DNA of 61,349 bases, filler included, from Hausera hauseri (Eukaryota), in assembly GCA_046269625.1 (NCBI GenBank). It is 10 parts of 10 records of this genome, joined end to end, with 100 filler letters (N's around TTAATTAATTAA, not from the genome) between each part and the next. Parts side by side here need not be neighbours in the genome. Positions count along the whole stretch, not along the records: positions 35,458 to 41,456 come from JBJURY010155867.1; positions 41,557 to 45,545 come from JBJURY010836192.1; positions 45,646 to 52,569 come from JBJURY010051330.1; positions 52,670 to 56,737 come from JBJURY010782424.1; 6 more parts are not named here. One strand, given 5' to 3'. How positions within the stretch are numbered: the first letter of the stretch is position 1; each line of letters starts with the position of its first letter. Under the pieces are notes generated by a model that searched no databases, was not told the DNA's origin, and saw only the letters and a program-made list of their open reading frames with translations. Of the stretch, positions 40,100-52,834 are shown in pieces. Made by a program: the position numbers and the translations under genes.

Positions 40100-40986
40100 A
40101 ATGAAATAGCAAGTCAACAAAATAAACATTTTGGCACCTTCTTCTTTTTACATTTTATCAAGGGTTTAAGGCCGCTAAAGCTGCTCGCGATATTTATGCA
40201 GTGTATGCAGAAGGTGCTATAACTAAAAGAACCACGGATTAAGAATGGTGATTTCGACGTCCAGGACCAGCCTCATACCGGTCGACCGCCTAAGTTCGAT
40301 GAAGAGAAACTGAACCAGCTTATTCACGAAAATCCGCGTCAAACGACACGAGAAATGGCCGAACGGATGAACTGTGACTACTCAACGGTAGTCCGCCACT
40401 TGCAATCAATGAGTAAGGTTCAAAAACTCGGCACATGGGTACCACATGTATTGAACCAATACATCAAAAATCTACTTTCAACAAATGCCACCGGTTTGCT
40501 CGCTCGTCATCTCGCAGCACATGGTAACAAGTAGGATTTTCTTTATCGCATCGTTACAGGTTAGGAAAAATTGTGTATTTATGTCGATATGAAACAACGA
40601 AAAGAATGGTTGAGTCTGGACTGCGTTTGGTGGGACTGGAAAGGCATCATCCATTACGAATTGCTTGAGAGCGATCATACCGTTAATAACAATCATGTTT
40701 GTGCAGCAGATGCAGCGATTCCAGGAAGAAAGGAAGCCATTCGAACACTTAGCTGGGAAATTTTGCCGCATCCTCCTTATTCTCCCGACTTAGCGCCATC
40801 GGATTTCCATCTTTTCCGATTACTTTCAAATGGTAAGTTTAAGTTCAATAATGATGAGGAACTGAGGTAATGGTTTGGAGAATTCATCGAGTCGAAACCA
40901 GACGATTTTTACCGCCGAGGTATTGAGGAGCTTGTAGAATGTTGAGAAGAAGTTGTAAACACAAAAGGAGAATACATAATTGATTA
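40100..40986 (+). mobile_element. Mariner (Mos1-like) transposase pseudogene
   Basis: GFKAAKAARDIYAVY, GTWVPHVL, VWWDWKGIIHYELL, LPHPPYSPDLAPSDFHLF and GEYIID*. Confidence 0.93.
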
Positions 40987-42289
40987 AATGTTATGTTACA
41001 TTTTGTTTAAAATAAAAAATTGTATTTAAAGAAAACCGCACAGCTGGACTAAATTAATGAGACGAATTTTCGTCGGAAATTTTTATTCACCCATGACAAT
41101 TTAGATTTGTGGGAATTATCATTACTTTTTTGATTTGGTAGTTACTTTCACGCATTTTTCATAACATATGGACTGGCATAAATACTAGTTTCATTTTCTT
41201 CGTTCATACAGCAATATCCTATGATTATGACTTTCCATACGGTGGATTAATGTAAGCATTTTTTAGCCGTACTTGTACGTTTGATTCTGTGTTTCTTTAA
41301 TATATTTAAGTAGGGGAAAAAAGAGTGTTCTGGAACAAGGGGGGGGAGGTCCACCCACGCACCAATTGACCAATCACAGGCGTCTCGCATGCTGATTGGT
41401 TAATTCGACAACGGCGAGTTCAGTGGTGCGGTCGGATTTCCTGTGTCGCAAAAGACNNNNNNNNNNNNNNNNNNNNNNNNNNNNNNNNNNNNNNNNNNNN
41501 TTAATTAATTAANNNNNNNNNNNNNNNNNNNNNNNNNNNNNNNNNNNNNNNNNNNNCTTTAGTTATTTTGCACATCACCATTATTGTTTGTTATATCCTA
41601 CATCTGTCTATATCCATTGATATTACGAATTACTGTCATTTTCCTTTTACTGCTGCTGTTATTCACGGAGGATAATTTATCGGCGACATATTATTTCATG
41701 GCTCTTTACATCAGATATGCATTCATCTGCCGGCGACCATCTTTGTCACTGTCAGTCTCACTCAACTAATATTGTTCCATAATCAGTGTATTGTCATCCG
41801 CCGATCATCCGCCCGTTGTTTGTCTATTGTATAAAAAAATTTATGTTATAATACGTCGCTAAATTTATTTACACCTTTTGAATTTTCTGCCATATTGTGC
41901 AAAAGAAATTTCTTTTTATTCTCGGCAATTTGAATTAATTCGGTAATCAGTATTTTATTTAATTGATATCGGTGATATTACCTTTTAATTTTAAAAAATT
42001 GAAGTTTATAACACCATTTTGATAAAAAGAAATCTTTATACGATTGATTTTCGTTTTGGTAATTTTATAATACCTGTCGTATGCAGTTTTTGTTTCTAAA
42101 ATTGGATTTGTCGAGATCTCATCATCATCTCTATACAAACGGATATAAATCGTCATCAAAATACAAAGCGACCAATCACATTACACAAAACCAAAATTGA
42201 ACCACTCTGAATCCATACAGTACGCGTGCTTGTGTGTATCACTTTCATAACTGTCTCCCATCACCACCCTATTAATCGTGTATATATGT

Positions 42290-42374
42290 ATCGTTTTTTG
42301 TACTCCATGACTTATCATCGAACCACATTGATTTTTTCCCACGGGGGTTGGGTAATGCGCTCACATCTACCTAC
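42290..42374 (-). repeat. Copy of repeat at 7065-7152
   Basis: rc reads GTAGGTAGATGTGAGCGCATTACCCAACCCCCGTGGGAAAAAATCAATGTGGTTC... Confidence 0.8.
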
Positions 42375-43059
42375 ACATGCCAACCAATCATACAAATACG
42401 TGTAAACTCAAGTGCTATAAAATTGCGTAAAAAATCCGCCTATTTTTATTATTTCCGCAGCTGGTCAAAATCGTCCGGGCCAGTGTCGCTTTGGGTCCCG
42501 CAAGTGTCCTAAAACGTGGACTCGATCTGTTATGTGTCAACGTAGATTTTGGGAACTGGAGCGCGTTCTGACATTGTTGGGCTCGTAATGTAGACCGACT
42601 CTTCTGGGAATAAGATGTAACAAATGTCGGGAGTAATCAACCAATAACATTTCTGGATGCTTAGACTTGCCTCGGAAAATTCCAGGTCTAAACACCCAAT
42701 TATATGAACCGCGCAGAAATTGTGCTGGGGATTTGTAAATGAAAACCATTAAGATTTGCCTGTTGTAATTCACCGAAAATTAGTTGCAACAATGCTCCAA
42801 CGTCACGAAATTGTGTAGTTTACAAAATAGAAAATTTCCTGAAATTCTGCACGATTATTTTTCAAATCAAAAGTCAAATGAAATGTTGGATTGAAAGCGT
42901 TTTGAAAAATCATGAAACATTAAACCGAAAGTCCAAATTCAAATCACTCAGTCAATGGAAGAATATCTGAAAATGTCAAAAGTACATACAAAATGTTTAA
43001 TTGAGGTTCGTAAACTTAAAATGCCTAAATTTTTTCGATCTGAGTTTTATTTATTCCGG

Positions 43060-43660
43060 TACTGTCAGTCATTGAACTATCTGACGTTTTGCCACGATTT
43101 CCTGTTATATGGGACAATATTCGCGCTGATGACTACGGTCAACGTAGACTTTTCTTGGGTCCGTATTGTGGCCGTTCATCGAGTTTAATTCAGTACGTCA
43201 GCGGAGTACTTATTAATCCTAATTGCGAGTTCGAGGCTAATTATATTGCAACGCACACGTTGGCTCAATGGACACAATGTTATAGAAGTAGTACAACCAT
43301 TGATAATCTTACTGATAATTATCTACCGTCAGAAGCGCTAAAATGTGCTGTTGTCGATTGGCTGATGGTTTTGTGTGGGGATGTCGATGCACATTCTGAA
43401 AATACAGACAAAGTGAGCAAAAAATTAATTATTGACAATAATTCATCAAATATAAAGTTCTCAACTGTGTCAAAAACATACACTGCCAAACTTTTGCAGG
43501 ATATGACTGATGAGATTTTTATCAAAAATAATGCAATTGAACTGCCAAATATATTGCTACCAATCGATGCTCCCAATACCGAAGTCGATGAGTTGAATAA
43601 CAATTTCACAAATTTGCAAAATGTGTACGAATGTGAAAATACCGACGCACCAACGTCTTC
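43060..43660 (+). pseudogene. OGA: O-GlcNAcase (GH84) internal fragment
   Basis: PVIWDNIRADDYGQRRLFLGPYCGRS..GVLINPNCEFEANYIATHTLAQW and YLPSEALKCAVVDWL match the animal OGA catalytic-domain end and stalk. Confidence 0.88.
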
Positions 43661-44440
43661 TAAAAGTGCCATGTTACTCTTTCCAGGATTTGTGTTAATC
43701 GGCCAGCTAACAATGCATACATGGATTGGTAAAGCAAGAGAGCCTCTCACAACCAGACTTAGACAACTTATGATGCAATCCATACTTAAACATGAAATGT
43801 GTTGGTTTGACATGCCCAAAAATTGACCACAAACCTCAACAGCGAGATTGGCTTTGGAAGCATCACTTGTTAAAGGAGCAGCAGGATCTCCATTAAATGT
43901 CTTTGTTAAAGCTGCAACAGATTTAATGACATCATTAACAATGGGATTTCGTTGCAGTTGGATGTTGGGCTTCCTGTTTTTCAGTTTTATTCCGTTTATG
44001 ACTCTTGCCGGTGTAATGCAAGGAAAACTTTCTACTGTTGAGAGAATGTCTGATAGTTTAAACGTTGTTTCAGCTGCCTTGCTTTTGGAGACGCTAAACA
44101 ATATACGAGTTTTTCAATCATTGGGATTACAAAGACATTTTTGTGATAAATATACGGTTAATCCAAAGTATACAAACAGATCAAAACATTTTAAACTCTT
44201 ATTCATTGGGCTAGTCAGCGGGATTGGTGCCTCAGCTATCTATTTTGGCCACTGTGTAGTGTTTCATACTGGTGGAATTTTGTTGAATAAAAACTAGATT
44301 GATTTTATTGGCCTCATGAGAATGTTTTCATGTTTCACACTAAACTCTGCAGCTCTCGCATGTGCCCTTGCTTTAGCGCCGGATACAAAAAAGCAAAAAA
44401 TGCTACAATTCAACTGTATGACGTCGTCGACCATATCAAT
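43661..44440 (+). pseudogene. ABCB1: ABCB1/P-glycoprotein second transmembrane domain fragment
   Basis: IGKAREPLTTRLR..SILKHEMCWFDMPKN*..RLALEASLVKGAAGS, ETLNNIRVFQSLG and YKKAK; stops and frameshift; no NBD. Confidence 0.85.
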
Positions 44441-44608
44441 CGGACCAGTGTGATCATCACTTCCGTTAATGCATCGGAACTGACAGAATCATATAAAGGT
44501 AATACAAATATTGTTGCAATATGCATTAAGTGCTATGTAGATATTTTAATCAAATTGTCCTATAAAAACTATTCTGCTCATTTCCCGCAGTTTAAATCAT
44601 TTGTAACC

Positions 44609-45545
44609 ATGCCCGGTGAAGACCAGCAGCTTGCCTTTAGAACCGCAGACTACGATGAACAGTCTGAGGGGAAATCGGTCACCCCGAAATTTGGTACCCG
44701 GCGCGGTGAGACTGAGGACCCAGCCGCCCACCCTGCACCAGTGGGTCAGACAACGCTTTTCGCTTCCGCCCCACAACACGCCCCCGGACATACCATCTCT
44801 CCCTACTCCATCATTCTTTTTCTAAATAACAAACATATACGCACATACACAACATTGCATTTACACACTGCAACCATTCACACCCTCATCTCTACCTTAC
44901 TCCACTCATCTGATTTCTACCTCACATACAATGGATCTGTAGTACCTTTTGCTGAACCCCTCCAACTTTCCGCAACTTGCGTCTGCTTTCAAATCCATTT
45001 CCGCATCCGTGGTGGCATAGACTCGTCACCCACAATTGACACCACGGAAAAACTCACTAAACAACAGATCCAAATCATTCATTTACCGAAACACAGAGCT
45101 TCCAACACCCTACACAACATACCCTCCTCACTCATTCACCCTGCACCTAATATTTTCTCGATAGCCAAAACTCTACTCAAACTTGGCTAAAACTGCACCA
45201 ATGTTGGCTCCAATCACAAAACGTCGTCAACTCTTTAGCCAAAGTCAACAGCCTCTTTTTCCACTTACCAGCATCCATTAAAACTAAAATCACCAACATA
45301 ATCGATATCCTTCAGCATACTAACCCATATACCCAACTCTATAATGCCGTTCTCAAGCTTACTGAGCCTTCAATCGATTCAATCATTCAAAGGTTTTTTA
45401 ACGACAACTCCATGGGCCTTCAGAAGCCTTCTGAATTCCTACGCACATCCTTGTTTTACCTCAACACACTTGGCGTAACATCTAAGCACAATCCCGAACT
45501 TATTCGTCGCTACTTCTTAAATGCATTGCCCCTTCAAATAAGAGC
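44609..45545 (+). mobile_element. Gypsy (CsRn1-like) gag with N-terminal ubiquitin-like domain; runs off contig
   Basis: UBL-like segment about 44810-45016 ending FQIHFRIRGG; after one frameshift TWLKLHQCWL..LPASI..NPYTQLYNAVL..MGLQKPSEFLR..RRYFLNALP (compare LGDRKPSQLLR..WLQRLP of CsRn1-type Gag). Confidence 0.75.
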
Positions 45546-45645
45546 NNNNNNNNNNNNNNNNNNNNNNNNNNNNNNNNNNNNNNNNNNNNTTAATTAATTA
45601 ANNNNNNNNNNNNNNNNNNNNNNNNNNNNNNNNNNNNNNNNNNNN

Positions 45646-45960
45646 TCAATTGCTTCAGCTACATCTTTTGCTGACTTGGATTTTAACAAGACAATGCGTA
45701 CAAATCGACTAAATACATCAGTGCAATTAAGGTCATATTTGACATCCTTATTTACTTTAGCAAAAGGTATCAATTATATTAGATTTATTGGCAAAAATTC
45801 GTCAACATCTTTAGCTAAATATTTCCGTGTTAAGAACCGCTTCTTCATCGGTTTGTGCAAATTGTACGCCAGCTGATCGCTTAGTCACTTCTTTGTGTGC
45901 TTTTTGGATAGTTTCACCGCCTTCGTCAGATTTGAAAGTCCTGCGAAACCAGCTGAGTTT
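45646..45960 (-). mobile_element. Polinton/Maverick retroviral-like integrase, N-terminal part, decayed
   Basis: QLAYNLHKPMKKRFLTRK..VDEF..FAKVNKDVKYDLNCTDVFSRFV..LKSKSAKDVAEAI. Confidence 0.85.
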
Positions 45961-46241
45961 TTTGAGTCGAATTATATCTTCTTTATTTGAATATCGTTTT
46001 CCACTACAACAGTCTAATTGTATATTAAAACTCATCGTTAATTTCTCAATTTAAAAGACAATCGTCATATCGTGTTGAATATAACAAACTTCATTATCCA
46101 CATCCACTAGTACAAAGTACAAATAGAGTGAAAAGAAACTCATTTTATATGGTTTTAACGAGTAACAGTTGTCCAAATACTCAACCAAACAATGAGGCTG
46201 GTAGTAGCCCTTAGAGAATTTTATTCACGTATATATCAACA

Positions 46242-46622
46242 ATGACTGAAAAGGGAATGCACATCACGTACTATTGTAATGAATATATAAATGAAACGAT
46301 TGAACATGATTTATGGGTAACAAATGGTGAGTATAAATATATATTGAACGGTGAATTTGATAGTCAGTATAGAGTCTTACATATTAGTGAAGTTGATGGG
46401 AAGTTTAAAATTTTGAACGATCATGAATATGACATGGCAGTAACTATTGAAAGTTTAGAAAACCCTAAAGTATTGGGTTTTATACAAGAAAAAGTATATG
46501 GTAAAGAAGTAGTTGCAGTAAACTCTTTTCAACAGAATACAAGAAGAATCCGTATTAGTATTAAATTTTATTCTGAAGTATCACGCAGAATAAATTTGGA
46601 TGAAAGTATAATTGTCGAATAA
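46242..46622 (+). CDS. Hypothetical protein, possibly Polinton cargo
   Basis: Clean 126-aa ATG ORF divergent from the integrase; unrecognised. Confidence 0.4.
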   Translation: MTEKGMHITYYCNEYINETIEHDLWVTNGEYKYILNGEFDSQYRVLHISEVDGKFKILNDHEYDMAVTIESLENPKVLGFIQEKVYGKEVVAVNSFQQNTRRIRISIKFYSEVSRRINLDESIIVE

Positions 46623-46869
46623 AACGAGGTAGTCGCTGGAAAATTAAAGTTTTAATTTTCACCAATATTTAACGAAATCGTAATTTTAAAATTATAATGA
46701 ACTGCGCCACGAACAAAAATGTAAAAAAAATTGTATTTGAACCAACATTTGCAAAGTTTCTTGGTTTTGATAAAGCAGAATTTGATACTGAAGGAAATCA
46801 AAAATTAGTAGCTACTCGAAAAATTAAACCAACGTTGGGATATTCTTCCCCATCTCCGGGAGAGGGTTA

Positions 46870-47225
46870 ATCGATAAATCAATGGTGCACATGTGCTAAT
46901 CGATATTGCACCCTGTGAACTATCGATCGGCATATTTGCACCGCAACAGTGACTTTTGGCACCTTTGCCATGGCACTTTTGCACTTTACACATATCGATT
47001 GCTGCACAGTGCAGTATTGATCGAATCGATCGGAGTAAAGTGCTAATCGATAGTGCACTTTAGTGCACATGGATTTGTGCACGGTGCAGTGCACGTGCAC
47101 ATGTGCAAGTTGGTGCAAATCAATAATATCGGTTTTCCAATAATTCCAAAATTGATAATTAGTACATGGCACCAGGTGCAATCGATTGGAAAAATGGTGC
47201 ACTATACAAGAGTGCAACTAGAATT
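46870..47225. repeat. Cluster of short palindromes (GTGCAC, ATCGAT)
   Basis: Dense iteration of GTGCAC/TGCA and ATCGAT motifs. Confidence 0.7.
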
Positions 47226-48639
47226 TAAATCGGTTGAGTGGTTTTCGAATAATATAGACTCGAAAAGGTTAGAGGGAGCGAAAGTACACAGGCCTTTTTG
47301 GTATTAAAGGAGCAAAATTCGATATTATACTGAGCGCACACAGATAGGAATCTGAGTATGGAGATTTCGAATATGGCGTCAGATATTTGATTTTGAAATT
47401 TTTTTTGACTGAATATGGAACTAAGCACTATTCGAAAAATCTGATGAAAACATTCGATTTCCCATGTGCTAAACCCCTATAATCATTTAAATTATTCCAT
47501 GAAGATATACCATATAGATATAAAATTAATAAATCGAATCGTGCAAAAGATGCATTTTAAGTTCAATGAAGCGAAAATCGAAAAATCTATAAGCGGGTTT
47601 GAATAGAAATCCATATATAGGGAATCCGAATCCGGTGTTAGATATTCGAATGCATTATTCTAAATCGTTTATTTAGGTGTTCGAACTCGAAAACTCGATC
47701 AAGCGTAAATAATTCGAATAATCTGATGTAGACATTGGATTCCTCATCTAAGAAAACCTTATTGAAAATTTAAATTTGGCGCCGTGAAGTTCATATATTT
47801 GATGCATTAAAACAAATTGTTCTAGAATGTTCGAAAATCAAGAAAAATTCAAATTTAAAAAATCCATAAATTCAAAATTTGACTTTAAAAAGTCCGTAAA
47901 TGAGGCAATGTGCATTGACATGGCTATATTGTTTATCATTTCCAAAATCACTTCCAAGAATGGTAAGTTTTTGTTTGTGCTCCTCATATAATTGATTTAT
48001 TTTTCATATTTGCAAACTATATGAAGAATGCATGACTCAGATCTATAGGCCTAAATTACCATAATGTTATAAAAATATTTCAGTCACCTTTACAATAGGT
48101 GTGAATATTATATTTGCCCTACATGTAGGTAGTGTGCCGAACCAAATATGAGGACTTTTACAATATACATAAACAAAATTTGATTTCCTTCACGAAGTCG
48201 AAAAACAGATATTCAATACGAATATGCCAGTGATATCTTCAAAATTGAAGTTCATACGTGTATTGCATATGTGCAATATACAACGTGCAGAACTGTCATA
48301 GTACCATAAGGAGATACAAAAGATACAAATTCAAGAGGATCCAGTATTATATTTATCTAGGATGTGAGACTGTATGTGATAGAGAATACATGCAGTTTTA
48401 TAAAGATCACAATGCCAATTTGACAGATTTTAAATCAAAGTCAAAGAAGACCATCTTCAATGTGTAGCATAAGCCTGTTGTAGTAGCAATACAGCCAGTT
48501 CCACATGTAGAATTAAAACATGTAGCAGAAGCAAATATTTCAGATGCTCCATCCAAAAGTCAAAGACAGCGGGAAGTTGATACTGCAGCATTGAAGAGGA
48601 AAGTCCTCAGATATGTTATTGCTGCAACGGATCAAACAT

Positions 48640-51600
48640 CACTCCATGAGTTTCCTGAATATGCACATGATGAAACCGTGGGGATTTACAAGACAATATG
48701 GTGGAGCTGAAGGCTCTTAAAGTAAACTTAAAGTTAGAAGCCACATTTACCAATGTTGATGGCGAAGTATCAAACAGGGCCTTCAATACGAAAAATAGGT
48801 CCATATTGGAAACCACCAATATCTCAGAACGGTGGCATGAAGAACATGCTAAGATGATACATGAATCTGAAGAGTGCCAGGACAAGAACAGTGGATGGAC
48901 TCTAGCAAACATAAAGAGATTGCTTGTCTTTGTGCACAAGTACTCTGCCATGCGAGGAAGTTCCATTATACAGCTTCCACAAAGGATTGCAAAGAAGAAC
49001 GCTTGCATCAATGTCCATAATAGTGATGCAATGTGCTTCAAGTACTAAATTCTTTCAAAACTCGTACTGGTTCGAAAAAATGCTTCACGAGTTTGGTTGT
49101 ATAATGACTTACAACACAATTATGACTTCCAATGTGTTGCATTCCCTCCATTCTTAGATGAGGTCAAAAAGTCCAGTCGGATCAACAATATTTTCATGAA
49201 TATCTTTGGACTGGAGGAAGAACAATTTTATCCACTGGAAATATGTGAAGATAAATTGGAAGATGATAGGGATCTACTCCTGCTAGACGATGGACAAAAG
49301 AAACATTTTATAAGGATCAAGAATTCTGAACGCCTAGTAAGATCCCAAATAACATCAAATCATGAAAGAATTGAAATTTGTAAAAGACCTTTTGTCCCAT
49401 TTCAGCGGTAATGCACCTATGGTGAAGCTTGCAGAGCACAAGATGTATTGTAATACCAATTGTTATGTCCGGATAGAATTTATCAAGGAGGACTACATCG
49501 AATCCAAAGAGTACGAAAAGAAGCCCAAAGTTCCAATAGCCATATATTTCAACTTCAAAGCTATATTGAGTTCAGTTCAGAGTTGTAGCCCCAATCTACA
49601 ACATAATAGCACAATAGCATACCAGTATAATGAACTTTCGTCATATTGTATGTATGCCAAAGGACCGGACAAGATCCCATTTATATCCAGAGGTCCAACT
49701 GTCGCAGCACATATTGTGAAGAGATTGGAAGACATGGCTCATAGAATTGAAATTATGTTGCAGCAACACAATGAATTAAATACCATGACCATGTCAAATA
49801 ATGAACATGAGGAATGGCAGAAGACAACAACATGATACTTGTGCTCCAGATCTTTTACAATGGAGAACCACAAAGTGAGAGATTACTGCCATTTACAGGC
49901 AAATATCGTGGTGCAGTCTGCAACAATTGTAATCTGCATTGCAGAACTGTTACTTTTGTTCCTGTAATATTCCACAACCTAAGTGGATATAATTTTCGCT
50001 TTATTGTTCGGGAACTAGGAAACATTGAAAGAAACATTGACGTGGTCCCCAACAGTGAAGTAAATATAACTTTTACAAAACATGTTGAAAAAGTCCGGCT
50101 TCGCTTCGTGGACAGTTTTCAATTCATATCTTCTTCACTTGACAACTTAGTGAAGAGTCGTCCAGCAGAAGATCTTAAGGAGACGAAGCGGTTCTTTTCT
50201 AATACGTTTGATCTAGTCAAAAGGAAAGGAATGTTTCCCTATGATTACATCACATTATGGGAAACATTTGATGAAACAATTTTGCCAGCCAAGAAAGATT
50301 TTTACAGTATGCTTTCAGACAGCAATATCAGTGATTCAGATTACCAACATGCCCAAAATGTTTGGGAAGCATTCAAATGTCTAATAATAGGTGAATACAG
50401 CGATATAAACCTCAAAACGCGCCGCTGCTAAGCGATGTATTTGAAAGCTTCCGGAATATGACATTAGCAAGCCACAAGTTGGACAAAGCTCATTTCTTTA
50501 CAGCTCCAGGAATGAGTTGGGCGGAATTCTGAGATATACAGGTATTAGACTGCAGATCTTGAAGGATTATGTTATGATCCTCATGATTGAGAGACGCATT
50601 AGAGGCGGAATATGCCAGGCTATTCACCGGTATAGTAAAGCCAATAACATGTACATTGCCGAATATGATCCATCCAAAGAATCTTCATATATTACGTACC
50701 TGGATACCAACAACTTGTATGAATGGGCAATGAGCGCCCGATTGCCATATGACGACTTCAAATGGGTTGATCATCCAGAAGATGTGGCAATGCAAGACGT
50801 AGATCTCAATGGGGATACGGGCTACATACTGGAGGTGGATGTCGAATATCCGCATAATGCGTTTCCTCCTTTAGAGGAAGCAGCCACCTAATGGTAAACA
50901 TCGAAAGTTGCTATGCTATCTGGAAAAGAGGGATAGGTATGTAGTCCACTAGATCAATCTCCGGCAAGCGATGAAGAACAGACTCTGCATTACGAAGATC
51001 CATCCGATCCTGCAGTGCAGACAGTTCATGTGGTTGAAACCTTATATAGATCTCAATAGGCAGCTGAGGACCAATGCCGAAAACGATTTTGAGAAAGATC
51101 AGTTTAAGACGTACAACAATAGCGTTTTTGGCAAGACGGTGGAGAATATCCGGAATAGGATCAACATCGAATTAGTATATGTGTGGAAGCGAGCCAAGGA
51201 CCTGATTTCTAAGCCGAACGTCCACAGCAGTACCATATATATAGAGAACTTGGTCAGCTTTCATATGTTCAAAATATCCCTAAAATATTAGACCTGTCAA
51301 ACATCTTGATGTACAAATTCCACTAAGACATCATGGTCCCCACATTTCAGACTCTGCAGCTCATGTATATAGATACTAATAGCTTTATATATTATATGCA
51401 TATAGAGGTCATTCATGGGGACTTTGCTCAATTGTCAGAGCATACAGATACGTCTGACTATCCAAAAGATCATAAGAATTTCTCTGTGAAGACAAAAAGG
51501 TCCTTGGAAAATTCAGAGATGATGTGAATGGGGCACTTATCTCTAGATTTGTGGTGTCAAGATCAAAAATTTACGACATCGATGTATGAGGCAAAATAAA

Positions 51601-51790
51601 GAAGTGGGACAAGGGTGTACAAAGAGCCAACTTGGCTAAGAAAATTACAATCAATGATTATATGAGGATTCTACAGGAGCAGATCCATATAATTTCAGAA
51701 ATGAGAAGGATCCTAACTAGAGCTCATAACATCTAAATAGTAAGGCTGCAGAAGAAGAACCTAAATTGGATGGATGACAAGAGACACAGC
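48640..51790 (+). mobile_element. Polinton/adintovirus-like pPolB with endonuclease VII insert, pseudogenised
   Basis: SGWTL, RGSSIIQLP, DYCH.TGKYRGAVCNNCNL, VIFHNLSGY, RFVDSF, KGMFPYDY, IRGG, YLDTNNLY, KTYNNSVFGKT, YIDTNS and DDK. Confidence 0.93.
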
Positions 51791-52067
51791 TTGGACNNNN
51801 NNNNNNTGAATATGTTGTAAATATCTTTGTTATATTGTTGTATTGTTGTATTGTTGTGCTAATAAATCTTGTTTTAAAATAACTTGTTGCCTTCCTAATC
51901 AAGTAACGTGGGATATAGGATAAGGCCAAGTAATACTAATTGAATAATACATAGGCCACATAAATATATTAATCAATAAATTTGAAATTCAAATTTAAAA
52001 AATCAATAAAGTGCGCTATTTACTTGCAGCAATTTGTTATTATTTCAAAATTGAGGTAGAAAAAACA

Positions 52068-52205
52068 TGTACAATATGCCTGGAAGAAATGAGTGAAAAG
52101 TGGATGCGTCTTGCAACTTGCGGCACACAGTTTTTGTGTGGAGTGCCTTCGTAAATGGTTATGTCACAAAATGTCCTGCCAAATATTCAGGACGAAATGT
52201 GAATA
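52068..52205 (+). pseudogene. RING finger remnant
   Basis: CTICLEE..(frameshift)..HSFCVECLRKWL..SCQIFR. Confidence 0.65.
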
Positions 52206-52834
52206 CGTAGTTGTTCAGGATGCAGAAGACGAGTGCTTTTATGTGTCATGGGGAGGGTGCCTAACAAAGGCCCTACAGGATCTCTGGCCTGATAATGACA
52301 CTAATGATTATGACAGTGATTCAACTATTATGTTATTTTGTTCTATGTTTAAAACATGTTTTACTGCATTACAGTCATATATATAACCAAGTATTTCATA
52401 ATGCATTTATTACTTATCAACATAACTTTGACATAATCCTGAACACTTTTTATAAGTAAAATGTGGACCATGTTCACAATAGATACATGTAATGTTATTT
52501 GATGTAGCTTCCAATTTGAAACATTCATATGCACATATTCGTAATTCTGGAAACATACTGTTAAATATCNNNNNNNNNNNNNNNNNNNNNNNNNNNNNNN
52601 NNNNNNNNNNNNNTTAATTAATTAANNNNNNNNNNNNNNNNNNNNNNNNNNNNNNNNNNNNNNNNNNNNTTTCTTACAAAATTTAGTAGTGTGACTATGG
52701 GGTTCATTTATGGCTTACCGGCAGAGGGACACAGTGAGCATACTCTGGTGGCCTTATTTGTAGGAACACCTAGCATATTTTAATAATTGTTATCGTAGCT
52801 CGTTAGTCAGCAATTTCTCTTGCTATGATCCACG

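Noticed and set aside
43319-44101. 260-aa minus-strand ORF
   Set aside because: Shadow frame of the OGA-ABCB1 coding sequence.
44330-44608. ABCB1 tail in frame with the UBL-gag as a triple fusion
   Set aside because: ABCB1 is already broken by stops upstream and the interval contains a TATAAAA promoter-like stretch; frame continuity is probably chance.
44670-44710. Primer binding site (CGGTCACCCCGA resembling tRNA-Trp PBS, or TGGTACCCGG)
   Set aside because: Mismatched, not preceded by an LTR-terminal CA, and inside the open frame; cannot be supported.
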